Below are positions 13,274 to 25,842 of a stretch of 64,000 bases of DNA, one piece after another. A program made the position numbers and the translations under genes. The DNA is taken from NCBI GenBank assembly GCA_000182565.2, contig KQ257462.1; one strand, given 5' to 3'. The stretch's first letter is position 1, and every line of letters starts with the position of its first letter. The DNA comes from Spizellomyces punctatus DAOM BR117. Its lineage: Eukaryota. The notes beneath the pieces are model-generated. The model was given only the letters and a program-made list of their open reading frames with translations, had not been told where the DNA came from and ran no database searches.

Positions 13274-15598
13274 ATGGCTGGAGCGGATTCAGACCCTCAA
13301 AGTACATCTTCTCACGGGAATCGCTCCCCATCCCCTGCTGAGGATAGGAGGCTTCGTCCATCTGCTTCGATGTCTCCTTCACCTGGTCCGCTACCTGTTT
13401 CCGCATCGCTTCCATCGCACCACACCCCTTCGTCTGGATCATACTCTCCAAACAATGATAGCGAGCAGATCCAGTCAGTGGAACGGCCAACGGACCGGCC
13501 CGCGACAACGATTGGACGAGCGGGGGGTGCCTATATTCCACCCGCACGGCTCAGGGCTATGCAGGCAGCAATCACTGACAAAAGCAGCCCTGAATACCAA
13601 CGAATGACATGGGAAGCTTTGAAGAAGAGCATAAATGGTCTGATCAACAAAGTGAATACTGGCAATATAAAAAATATTGTGGTGGAACTTTTCGGCGAGA
13701 ACCTTATTCGCGGCCGTGGGTTGCTATGTCGGAGTATTATGAAGGCTCAAGCTGCGTCATTACCGTTCACCCCTGTGTATGCAGCCTTGGTCGCTGTCGT
13801 CAACACGAAATTTCCACAAATTGGTGAACTACTGCTGATACGGTTGGTGGTTCAATTTCGTCGTGCATATAAAAGAAGCGATAAGGCAGTTTGCCTTGCG
13901 GGAGCCAAATTTCTTGCCCACATTGTCAATCAAAAGGTCGCGCACGAGATTATAGCCTTACAGCTACTGACTCTGCTCCTGGAAAGACCCACCGATGATT
14001 CGGTCGAGGTCGGAGTGGGATTTATGCGAGACTGCGGTGCTTATTTGTCTGATATCTCGCCCAAAGCCACCAACGGAGTATTTGACCGTTTTCGGGCGAT
14101 TCTGCATGAAGGGGCCATCGATAAGCGTACACAGTACATGGTTGAGGTGCTTTTTCAAGTACGAAAGGATAAATTCAAAGACAATCCGGCGGTCCCAGAG
14201 GAGTTAGATTTGGTAGATGAAGAAGATCAAATGACCCATATGGTTTCTTTGGACGACGAGGATATTAACGTTGAGGAGGGCTGCAACGTTTTCAAGTATG
14301 ATCCTAATTATCTTCAAAATGAGGAAAAATATCAGCAGATGAAGAAGGAGATACTGGGAGAAGGCTCCGATGACGAGGATGAGGAGGAGGAAGCCAGTGA
14401 TGATGAAGAGGAGGAAGATGAATCAGGGATGGTCCGCGCTGCTCAAGAGCGACTGCAAATACAGGATGAGACCAATACGAATCTGATTAACCTGAGACGT
14501 GCCATATACTTGACTATAATGTCGAGTTTGAATTTTGAAGAATGTGCCCACAAGTGCATGAAGCTGAAAATCCAGCCGGGGCAGGAAATGGAGCTGGTGA
14601 ACATGATTATCGAGTGCTGTGGACAAGAGAGAACGTATGTTAATTTCTACGGTCTTCTGGGAGAGCGCTTCTGCAGAATCAATAAAGCTTGGTCGGATGC
14701 CTTCTGTCAGGCCTTTGAAGAAACTTACAAGACCATCCATCGATATGAAACAAATCGACTCCGAAACATCGCGAAGTTCTTTGCTCATCTTCTTTCTTCC
14801 GATGCTCTCACGTGGGAGGTTTTCGCTTTAATAAGGCTTACCGAAGCAGACACGACATCGTCCTCACGTATTTTCATCAAAATTTTGTTCCAAGACTTGT
14901 GCGAAGCATTTGGTCTGAAGAAGCTCTATGAGCGTCTCAGTGAGCCAACCATGATCGTTCAAGTGCAGACAGAAGCCGGATTCATAACGCGTGGTGTTTT
15001 CGAGGGTTTGTTCCCAAAAGATAATCCTCGCAATACGCGATTTGCGATAAATTATTTCACAAGTATCGGTCTTGGTGGTCTAACAGAGGATCTGCGAGAG
15101 TACCTCAAGAACGCGCCGAAATTGATCATGGCTCAGCAGCAGGAAGTCGAGTCGGATACAGATTCTTCCGACTCGTCGGATTCTAGCAGTGACTCCGAGA
15201 GTGATTCAGAAAGTGATGACAGCGACTCAGATAGCACGTCTGGGTCTGAGTCTGAGTCTGACCATTCGAATTCAGCGCGGCTTTCTGGCAGAAGCACGCG
15301 GGCTCCTCACCCGGACCTGGACCGAGCAAGATCACGGTACTCGAAATATGACGACAGAAAGGATCATAGCTACAACGGAGAAAAAGAGCGGTCGTCCGTG
15401 AGGAGTGATCGTCGAAATGACCGTTACAGCAGAGAAGACGAGAGCAGTCCCGGGCGAGACGGTGGTAGGGGTAGGATGGGTGATAGGTATCGCAGAGACA
15501 GTTATCCAAAGCGCCGAAGAAGCAACACGCGCTCCGTCTCACGTAGTCCTCGTCGTGATCGTGGTGACGGCCGTGAGAAGAGGTACCGTCGCGACTAA
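13274..15598 (+). CDS. CWC22: Pre-mRNA splicing factor CWC22 (MIF4G + MA3), single exon
   Basis: [11 protein letters not shown]...[66 protein letters not shown]-rich tail. Confidence 0.97.
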   Translation: MAGADSDPQSTSSHGNRSPSPAEDRRLRPSASMSPSPGPLPVSASLPSHHTPSSGSYSPNNDSEQIQSVERPTDRPATTIGRAGGAYIPPARLRAMQAAITDKSSPEYQRMTWEALKKSINGLINKVNTGNIKNIVVELFGENLIRGRGLLCRSIMKAQAASLPFTPVYAALVAVVNTKFPQIGELLLIRLVVQFRRAYKRSDKAVCLAGAKFLAHIVNQKVAHEIIALQLLTLLLERPTDDSVEVGVGFMRDCGAYLSDISPKATNGVFDRFRAILHEGAIDKRTQYMVEVLFQVRKDKFKDNPAVPEELDLVDEEDQMTHMVSLDDEDINVEEGCNVFKYDPNYLQNEEKYQQMKKEILGEGSDDEDEEEEASDDEEEEDESGMVRAAQERLQIQDETNTNLINLRRAIYLTIMSSLNFEECAHKCMKLKIQPGQEMELVNMIIECCGQERTYVNFYGLLGERFCRINKAWSDAFCQAFEETYKTIHRYETNRLRNIAKFFAHLLSSDALTWEVFALIRLTEADTTSSSRIFIKILFQDLCEAFGLKKLYERLSEPTMIVQVQTEAGFITRGVFEGLFPKDNPRNTRFAINYFTSIGLGGLTEDLREYLKNAPKLIMAQQQEVESDTDSSDSSDSSSDSESDSESDDSDSDSTSGSESESDHSNSARLSGRSTRAPHPDLDRARSRYSKYDDRKDHSYNGEKERSSVRSDRRNDRYSREDESSPGRDGGRGRMGDRYRRDSYPKRRRSNTRSVSRSPRRDRGDGREKRYRRD

Positions 15599-16339
15599 CC
15601 CTTTGCCTGATGGCGGGTTTGTTCTGTACCTATACTTTTGTGTACAGAACATGGAGCATGCACTTTTTGCAGACGAGGGGATTTTCAAATGGCAATGAGG
15701 AAGTCGCGACCATATTTTTCGGCAGTTTAGGTAGACCTGTACATGATAATATGTATCTAAAGCGATGCGCAGCGACATTCCAATTACTTGTGTCAAGAAT
15801 TGGGCACTCGTTACTATGGCAAATCTACAGCACCACTCTCACCCTCATTCCTAATATATGTATTATAGTTAGGTATCCATGCCCCTGATGTCTTTCTTCC
15901 ATCTACTTTTTTCACAGCAGGCTCTATTGAGATTGAACGGTCATTCCACTTAAGGTGTCGTTCTAGTCATTTCCGTTAATTCCAGTCCCGCTCCACCGTC
16001 GCTTCAATGGAGACTACATGCCAGGCTGTTGACGCCTCCGGCAGTTGTGATGACTGCATCTGCGTAGCCAAGATTGGTGTAAGCCCCCCAGCCGAGTTTT
16101 CTCGCCTCGGTGGGTGAGCTCGGCAAGACTTCTGAGATCTAGTGGGGGTACAGAAGCTGTGCGAAGCTGTTCCTAAGGCTACTCGCCCAGTTGGGTCTTT
16201 CTCGGCGCCCGCAGCTGTAGTGACAACCAAGGAGTCGTCCAACAACGAATTGGTGGGTGTGCGCGACCGCCGGTATTTGGCCAGGGCTTCCGCCGGCTCT
16301 CAAGTGTCTTCGTGGTATGCCAACGAGTCAGGAGGAGCA

Positions 16340-17440
16340 AACCCAGAAAACCAGACATCTCACTCCGCCCTCAACGGCAAAATCCCTTTTGAAGCCTGGT
16401 ACAGCAAGAAACCAGATGTCAGCCATCTCTGCGTTTGGAATGCTGCTGCAGAAAGCTCTTTACGGCCCGAAACAATCGCCAGGGTACTGGAACAAGAAGT
16501 TTCACAGGATGTTTACCAGTAGACATGAAGAAGCCAAGCTCGGACGGACAGTTTCAAAAGAATCACGGCAGAGACTGCCTTTACTTTGAAGAAAGGACTG
16601 GGATAATAATTGCAGCGGTTGTGCGCGACCTTCTATCGTGGGTTTACACACGGACATCCCACAGCGGCCCTTTTCAAGAATTCAAGATAGCTGAAAACGC
16701 CTTGGCGAGCTACTATGTGGGATTGGAAGTCATCCACAACGACGGCTATCACCTTCAAAAAACTGGCTACGTAGACGCTCTACTTCAGTATGGCAGAATG
16801 CAATTCTATCGCTACCCCGATGGACACCTTGACCAGCACCTTCAAAATCGACAGCAAACTACATGACGGCAAACGATCTGGGTGGACTGTCGGAAGCTTT
16901 GTATGGCTTACCTGCACACGACCAGATAATGCTTTCGTCGTAAATCTTCTCGCTCGCTACGTTCTCGTCCAACAGTTAACCACTGCTCAGCAGCTACACG
17001 CATCCTACACTTCCTCAAGGAACCAGAACGCTTGGCTTTTCACCGCGGACGTGGACACACCAATCGCCCACTGGTTCCGCCTTCCTCGCTGATAAAACGG
17101 CTATTTCCTGGTCTTCCCGCAACTCACCGTCGCCTCGTCTACAGTAGAAGCTGAATATATGAGTGTAACCGCCGCCGCCCGGGAAGCCATGTACCTCGCA
17201 GCATGCTTACTAGAATCACTCGAGGACTTTCCAGCAAGCATTCACACTTGCGATTTCTCCTTCATCACACCGATGATGTCCCAGCTCGCGGAGGGGCTCA
17301 GCTTTTGGCAAACATTGCTGCCTGTTAGCAACCGAAGATGTGGTCTAACATCACCACACCATGGCCTGGTGCACGCTCCTTCTAAAAGCCACGCCAAGCC
17401 TCTCGATCGGGCTTACGCAATCGCTGGCTCTCACTAAGAC
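16340..17440 (+). mobile_element. Degenerate Ty1/Copia retrotransposon pol relic (integrase end, RT, RNase H)
   Basis: Frameshifted pieces in Copia order: HSALNGKIPFEAWYSKKPDVSHL (post-integrase), YYVGLEV...GYVDALL / MAECNSIATPM, VGSFVWLTCTRPDNAFVVNLLARY (RT), ISWSS...TVASSTVEAEYMSVTAAAREAMYL (RNase H). No LTRs recognised. Confidence 0.88.
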
Positions 17441-18219
17441 CGAAGGCAAGCTTAGAAGGATGCCCCCTTTTTTTCTTCACCACTTGTCCGGCCTCCTTTT
17501 CAACACAATCACCGTACTACTTATTTGCTGCACCGAACCTGTTTTCTTCATCTCCAAAATGATCACGATGGCCGCTGCAGCTCCCGCGATACCCACCTGG
17601 CTCAACAAGGAGCCCAAGTCGCCTCGGCACACGAAGACGGATACCCATGGATGAATTCGAGCTCTGCTTTTGCGAGTACAAAAATCAATCGAGTGCTCGG
17701 TATCCAGGTGACCGTCTGGGTCGATGGGTGGATTGTCCAGCTTTAGAACGACCTCAATGCCCATCTCAGAACACCTGGGTACCAGGACTGGCTGAGCGAT
17801 GGGGCCAAGCAACCATACGCGAAGGGTCAGCCCTTCTCAGCACACATTGCGGAACCCTACATCAAGGCCCCCGGCGGTGGAGAAGCACCAGCGGGGATGG
17901 TTGCCGAACGTGCAGAAAAAGCTTGGAAAGGTGCGAGACGGCGGTTAGGCTCCACGCCGAGGTCCCGCAGCACGCCGTCGGATGCGCCAAAACGGCTCCC
18001 TTCACCACGTGGCCGTGTCATGCCACCCACGACTTTGCCGAGATTGCCATCGAAGCCGCTAGAGGCCTTGCTGTGACGCTGGCGGGCACGGCCGAATAGT
18101 ACGTACACACGTTAGACCCCTGCGCCTATTACAGTTCTCCCGCGATGAAGCTAAGGACTGCCGCGGAATTCTTCACGGCCATCTACGTAACCCGAATGTC
18201 CCACTCCGTGCGCCCAGCA

Positions 18220-18348
18220 GCAGTAATAGTAGTATTATATGTAGTTCGATCAGTCGCCTTAATGATCATAGCCGGAAAAAATGTAATGGGTGCTATGCAA
18301 AGACGGATAGGACCGAATAAAGTAGGATATTCAGGATAGTTACAACCG
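18220..18348 (+). pseudogene. nad1: NUMT: mitochondrial nad1 5' fragment
   Basis: SVALMIIAGKNVMGAMQRRIGPNKVGYSG-(TAG)-LQP matches ND1 consensus VAF.T..ERK..G.MQ.R.GPN.VG..GLLQP; A/T-ending codons typical of mtDNA. Confidence 0.9.
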
Positions 18349-18595
18349 AAGAAGCGAGCGGTTAATATCGAAATCTAACAAAAACGCAGGAAACTTTAAG
18401 ACAACCTGCAGGTAGTATACATGTTAGACACATAATTGTGAAGAAATGATCTGTTTATGAGTCGCTTCAGTAAAATAGATAGACCGTCTGTTTGGATTAT
18501 GTTTACAGGTATCGCGTATAAGATATTATTATGGTTTCTCTTTCAAAACTTAAGGGAAGATTAAGACCATTTATATAATACATCTAAAGGTCCAT
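18349..18595 (+). pseudogene. NUMT continuation: truncated mitochondrial group I intron
   Basis: nad1 similarity stops after LQP and AT-rich sequence follows, with P/Q-like elements ACGCAGGAAA and AACCTGCAGG (GCAGG 18386-18390 pairs with CCTGC 18405-18409) and a TAGACCGTC...ATCGCG segment reminiscent of fungal IB introns. The usual U before the 5' splice site is not seen. Confidence 0.55.
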
Positions 18596-18809
18596 CAGTA
18601 CCATGTTTCCTGATTCGGCATCCCGGTGGAGGTCGTCGGGCTCGGCGGCCTGCCCACCGTGCCCGATTCCAGGACGTAGCCGTGACGCTCAAGGTCGTGC
18701 ATCACCTGTCGGCCGGCGCGTCGCTGGCCGGGCTGCTGACCGGGCCACGCTAGAGGCTGGTGGACCTCAGGGAGCGTCGGGTCTCCGGGGTCGGGGGGCT
18801 ACTTCAGTA

Positions 18810-19146
18810 GTCTGACGGCAACGCACCACGTCGCGGGGCGGCATCGCCAGCTTGGTCTCGACGTCGACGATCAGCGGGTCGATATCGGTGCATCCTCCTT
18901 GACCTCCGAGATCGTGGAGAACTCGTGCAGCACGCACTCAATCCGGATGCTCATGCCCGCGGCACCGGGGATTGAAGACAGGAGGGTGCGGCGGGGCGAG
19001 TTGCCGACGGTGTCGCCGAAGCCCGGCTCCAGCGGCTCGATGGTGAACCGGGACCGGAACTCGTCGTCCTGTACTTCGGTGAGGGGCGGCCGCTGTGCGA
19101 TGAGCACTTTAGTACTCTTTTTCTGCGGCGCCCGCTACATGACTGC
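18810..19146 (-). pseudogene. rpoA: Degraded actinobacterial RNA polymerase alpha subunit fragment with upstream leader
   Basis: GTG start 19107: [72 protein letters not shown], close to Actinobacteria RpoA (MLIAQRP...[27 protein letters not shown]); after a frameshift [20 protein letters not shown] matches a later RpoA segment; GC-rich codons. Confidence 0.93.
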
Positions 19147-19199
19147 TGCGATCTTGCATTCGCTGGGGCGCACTCCTGTTTTTTACGACCATCAATGAT

Positions 19200-19424
19200 C
19201 ACTTCTTCTGACTCTTTGTCGATCGATTCTTCTTTTATTAACAGTTGAAGATGCCATCGAATCATCACCGGTTCTCTGATGTTGACCAACGTCCATTTCG
19301 CGAAGCCTTCTGATTCGATGGCACATTCGTTGAAGTTGCCATCGAATCGTTGCCGCATTGTCTTGTCGCTTCTTCTGCCTCTTTGTCGATTTTTTTTTCT
19401 TGGTTGTAGTTGCCATCGAATTAT
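19200..19424. repeat. Short repeat block: three direct copies of a ~22 nt unit plus one inverted copy
   Basis: GTTG(A/T)AG(A/T)TGCCATCGAAT at 19244, 19329 and 19403; inverted GATTCGATGGCA at 19312-19323; second unit TC(A/G)CTTCTTCTG(A/C)CTCTTTGTCGAT twice. Confidence 0.85.
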
Positions 19425-20553
19425 TGTCGGTTTTCCAAGGACGCGTGGATGTTTTTAACTTGCCGCGCTACCCAACGGGGTCCACAAAATTCCCACGCCC
19501 TGGACCCAATGACGGCCCACGCAGAGTCGTCCCTCGCCAACGCTGCGATCGGAAAGCGCCTACATGAACCACGCCGCTCCCAACAGCCACCCCACACCTC
19601 CTCTACTCACAAGGAGCGTCCCGCTTTACATCGTCAAGGACATTCTCTTCCGGGAACACACCGACTACCTGTTTCCATCTTGATTGGTCGGCGCAAACCG
19701 TTGGCGAAAGATGGGCATTTGGGTTGACCGCTCAAGTCTCTAGTTATCGAGAAAGGGCCAGCGACGGCCAGAGCCAATTGGGGCCTGTGTCGGTTTTTCT
19801 CTGGGGCCTGGTTTTCCCTCGGCTCAGTCGGCGGGTAGAGCCAGCCAGCCAGGCATTACCGCCAGGTCTTGGGGACTGTCGGCGACAGTCTGGTTGACCA
19901 TTTTTGCAGTAAGCGCGGTGTGCTATCGACTCATTGCCGGTTTTCTAAGGAAAAGACGCAATTCCCTCTAGGTTATGTTGCCGCACAATTTACAGACCAG
20001 ATCTGGTTCTGTGCCAATGTCGGTGGCGTACGAAAGTAAGCCTGCCATACTGGCAACAGATTCCCACGGCAGAAGTACCAGGGCTCACAACCCACTACTA
20101 GTAAGCTGGCAAAATCCATATTGTATTCTTAGGTCTTGTAAGATGGATCATGTTCGTGCCCGTTCTGCGCTGTGTACGTAATCTCCGCTTGTCTGGTCAT
20201 ATTACAAGTCACATGACCTGGCTGAGAACTCCGCTGTTAACAGTAAGTTTGATCTATGACTACATTTATTGGTTAGTGTGAATAGCGCTTCAAAAGCTAC
20301 TTTGTTAGCTACTATTCAATACTTGGTGTGGAGAAGACGATGAGAATGAGTAGGTGGATCAATAGGTCCAAACGATAGCCTCGCACGATATTTGAGTAGG
20401 CTATGGGTCAGTTTCTTCGTTCGAGTCGCAATATCTTGCAACATAGATTGCAGTTCAAAGCCAATTTTGAGGACAAAATTCTAAGTTAGGAAGATTCGCC
20501 TATGCTGCTACTAACTGCCCTCGATTTTCAGTGAGAGCTTCCGCACTCTCATG

Positions 20554-22166
20554 CTATGTATCCTCAGGAGTGGCAGCGTGACGTTCAAAACTGACCCTAC
20601 TTGATAAGGAGTGGTTTTCCGAGGTCTCAGAACTTTCCAGTATCGAGAAAGTATCTTCAACCTCAATGATCAGCCCATGTTTAAGCGGCGAAGAGATCTT
20701 AACCACGGCAGCTTCTCCACCACGTTCTGGCGATGAGCCGTATAAAGCCAACGGTGAAAATGGCGACGAAGTCGAAGATGCTGAGGACGCGGAATCGCAA
20801 ACGATGGGAGAAGCCAATGTGGAAGACTCGGAGGCAGATGACGACGCAGCCTGCAACGCTGGAATAGTTTCCAGTACGGTAGGCGGGTCGGAGAAGGCTG
20901 GAGAGTTACCGAACAAAGTTGCACGTTCCGATTCCGATATACTAGATAGAGTACCTTGTGTGTCGCCACTCACTACGCTGAAGCGATCCCCGCGTGGGAA
21001 CACAGGATCCGGTAACGTGGTAATGACCCGAGGAGCGAGTCTTTTGTCGGGAGAAGCAGTTGATATGGGAGCGACACCGTCCGTCGGTGGTTCGACACCT
21101 TTCGCTAGCAAGAGGCGTCAAGTAAGCGTCAACGCAACTGCCGATAGGTGCGACGTACTGCTTTTGGTTTCACCGGCCTTTATGTCCATCTTTGCGCCTC
21201 GTGGAACTGAATTGGAGATATCTGTTCTCCCGTTTCAGTGTGCGCTTGGATATATTGGAAAGTCTCGTTGCGCCGTCTCAGGCCGCAATTTATACTTACG
21301 CATTACGGACACAATCCCGCCTAGTTCTACGAGTTCCGTTTGACTACCGATAGGATCTGAGAAAGGATTACCCGCAAGAGAGATACCTAATTTGACAGCG
21401 TTTTCAGCGCATGATTTAACATACGGTCTTAAAATGCAGAAGAGCTTACCTTTCAGCGCCGGCAGCTTACTGAATATATCATTGACAGATGATAGCTGGT
21501 TGTTGCTGATGCCGAAAAATTGCTACTAAACTACATCAGTCTCCTATGATTAATATCCACTTGTTTTGATGAATATACCAGTCGTGTAAGCTTTGCCATC
21601 GACTCTGGTATCTCAGTGATCTTGTTGTCCGACAAAGAAAGAGACAACAGAGTGTCAATGTCACATATCGATTCCGGGACATACGACAATTGATTATTGG
21701 AAAGATTCAATCTCGTCAGTTGTCCAAGCTTATCCAAGCAAGCGTCTTCTATTGCAGAAGAAGTTAGGCGGTTGGCTCCCAAAGACAGAGTTTCCAGTAA
21801 GAACAGCTGATTGAAACAGGGAGGAAGACTGGTGAGGTGGTTGGAGCTGTTGACAGCAGATTTTGTTAATATTACTTCAGAGAATCTATTTATTCAGGAT
21901 TCCATACCTCAAATGGAGTACTCTCAAGCTTTTAATCGAACACAGTTCAGGAGGTAGTGAGGATATGTTGTTATTACTATAATATATGGATCAGGAAGTC
22001 GGGTCTGCAAACGTAAGTGATTGACATCCAAGGCATAGCTAATTGCATGTCGCAAAGGCAGTATATTTCCCACCTTAAGTTCAGTATAACCAGTGACTTT
22101 ATCGCTAGGACCGTCGCCGGGATCGAGTCCAGCGACGAGTGAGCGAGTTGGACCACCTGGCATCAA
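20554..22166 (-). CDS. Leucine-rich repeat protein with Ser-rich C-terminus, multi-exon; start uncertain
   Basis: LRR exons NNNISSLPPELCSIKSLRVLHL, LTRLNLSNNQLSYVPESICDIDTLLSLSLSDNKITEIP and a LAGNPF cap, followed by a long low-complexity exon. Confidence 0.75.
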
Positions 22167-22458
22167 GAAGCATCGGTCAAAAACCCAGGCTCACATGCGA
22201 AACGGCCGATTCGGTAATACCTCCCCTCCTCCGCGCAGATCATCCTCCTTCCGTCGTGCTTTCATATTTGAGGAGTGTGTAAACTTTCAATTGGGTCAAT
22301 AGACTTGCTGTCGCTAGTTATGCTGACTAATCAATTACTGTGCCATGTTCTTCATCTGCACGTGATGCTAATTGGTGATCCATAACCAAGTTCTGCGACC
22401 AACAGACGAGGTTCCTCCCTTTTCGCGCAACTCGCTTTGTCCACGGAACATTGTGAAC

Positions 22459-23399
<941 letters not shown>

Positions 23400-23675
23400 G
23401 GGGACATTGGGCCGGCAATCGTCTTTCTGCCGCGATTGTCGATATGTACAGGCATTTTTCAATACAATATTCGTGTTGCGGAATCGCTTTTGTGTTGTCA
23501 TTGTGGATCATATTGCTAGATGTATTGCCAAATGAACCTTGTTTTTATATTAAGATATGGAGGGTCGTGGCCATATTCCAACAATATTTAACCAACACGA
23601 GAGTTTCCCTAAGCTCGTCTATTTAAGCGACAGAATGCCAGGAATCTATTCTCATAGTCCCAACCAGTACATTAC

Positions 23676-25842
23676 TTAAGTGAAATAGTACTTAGGACCA
23701 CCGCCTCCTTCCGGAACTACAGCAGCGGGATGATTGATAAGTAAGCGGTACAACGCATAGTTGCCCAAAAGAACGTACCGGTCCAGTCAATGTTCTGGCT
23801 AGGGTCCTTGATATCGCATGTTTTACAGTGAATACAATTTTGGGCGTTGATCTGGAATCGCTTCTTGCCCGGATTTTGTTCGTCATCAAGGTACTCATAG
23901 ACACCCGCTAAATCCCGGATTGTGTCAGTAACCAGAAGCACATTGAAAGGAGAAACCCTCCGTACCAGGGCAAAATTTCTGTTCGGGTCCACCATATACT
24001 GCATAGTTTGTCTCGAGTTGCTCTTTTGGTCCCCTTTGCAATCTCAGATGCACGGGCTGGTTCTCTTCGTGATTAGTTCCCGTGCGACTAACATTCTCCA
24101 GAAGGTCAAAACTTATCACGCCATCCGGTTTGGGATACTCAATGGGTTTAACATCTTTTAAAGGTTTCAACGTGGCATAGTCAGGCTCGGGATGCTTGAA
24201 TGTCCATGGAACACGTCCTTTGAGCAAGAGTGTATCAAGCCCAGCATACGCGATTCCTCCAAACAGACCGAGGGGATTGTGGAAAGCAGGCCGAACGTTG
24301 CGCACTTCCCATAATTCCTTGTAGACCCAAGAGTTCTTAATATTTGACTCGTACGCATCCAATGTAATAGGCCCCTCGGTTTCTGCACTCAGAGCATCGT
24401 AGGCGGCATCGGCAGCAAGCATACCTACATGAAACGAAAGCTTGTTGAGCGAGATGTTCTACTGTTCCGCAGGCCGTAGCGAAATCACATACCGCTTTTC
24501 ATTGCTGTATGCGTGCCCTTAATCTTTGGCACATTCAGAAACCCAGCAGTGCACCCGATCAACGCGCCACCTGGGAACACAAGCTTTGGGATACTTTGAT
24601 ATCCCCCTTCATTGATTGCACGGGCGCCGTAACTGATTATTTTTCCACCTTCCAAATACTTGCGGATAGCTGGGTGCTGTTTATATCTCTGGAACTCCTT
24701 GTATGGGCTTAGCGTTGGATTTTCGTAATCCAGCGCTACAACGTAACCGATTGTACACTTATTGTCCTCGAAATGGTACATGAACGAGCCACCATAGGTT
24801 TTTATGTCCATTGGCCAGCCGACAGAGTGCAAGACAAGACCGGCTTCAAACTTTTCTGGAGCAAGCTCCCACACCTATAAAAAAATCACCAGCTGAGTAC
24901 CCGACATCCAGAAACCAGTCAGAAATGTCACGCATCTACCTCCTTCAGTCCAATTCCGTACGTTTGCGGTTGTGAGTCTTTTCGTAAGTCAAATTTCCTT
25001 GATATCCTCTTTGTCAAGTGACCGTGGCAGCCCTCAGCGAAAAGTGTAACCTTGGCATGAATTTCCATTCCTCGCTCGAAGTTGTCCTTTGGTCTCCCAT
25101 CCCGTCCGATTCCAACGTCATTAGTGGCTATACCCTTCACTGACCCATCCTCGTCGTACAAAACCTAAAATCGCACGCTTACTCTGATGTGCGTCGCATA
25201 TGACTACAAACTTCAGAACCCTACCTCACTGGCAGCAAAACTGGGGTAAATTTCAACACCCAGCTCCTCCGCTTGCTCCCCTAACCATCTTACAAAATTG
25301 GAGAGGGAGACAATGTAATTGCCTTTGTTATTCATTTGAGGAGGATGGGGAAGGGGAATCGCATGTTTTTCGGTTAGGAACAACATCTTATCCTTTGCGG
25401 CAGGGGTGTTAAGGGGGGCACCCTTCTCTTTCCAGTCAGGAATAAGCTCGTTTAAGGCACGGGGCTCGAGAACAGCACCAGATAAAATGTGCGCTCCTAC
25501 TTCGCTGCCCTTCTCTACCACAAAAACCCGCAATTCCTTGCCCTCTTCGTTGGCTCTTTGCTTTAGTCGAATCGCTGCACTTAGACCAGCAGGTCCGGCT
25601 CCAACGATGCACACGTCCACCTCGTCTGCGTAGCGTTCAGCATTCAAAACTTCCAATGTTTCCTGATCCAGATCATTCACGGCTGTTGCCTGCCTTTGTA
25701 CCAGTGTCGTCGCAAACCCACGGACAATCCGCCGAGATCCAGTTATGATAGCAGGTCGTACTATGGTCGCCGGGATTCGCGATGAGGCTCTTCGTAAAGT
25801 GAGCGACGTGGGCCGTCCAACGGAACGAAGCCAGAGAGTCAT
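23676..25842 (-). CDS. ETFDH: Electron transfer flavoprotein-ubiquinone oxidoreductase
   Basis: [53 protein letters not shown], Fe-S motif [18 protein letters not shown], terminal [10 protein letters not shown]. Confidence 0.97.

Noticed and set aside
19192-19416. Lys-rich ORF as bacterial rpsK upstream of rpoA
   Set aside because: No S11 motifs; the frame arises from the repeat block.
19244-19424. CRISPR array
   Set aside because: Only three imperfect units, intervening sequences are partly duplicated and uneven, and no cas genes are present.
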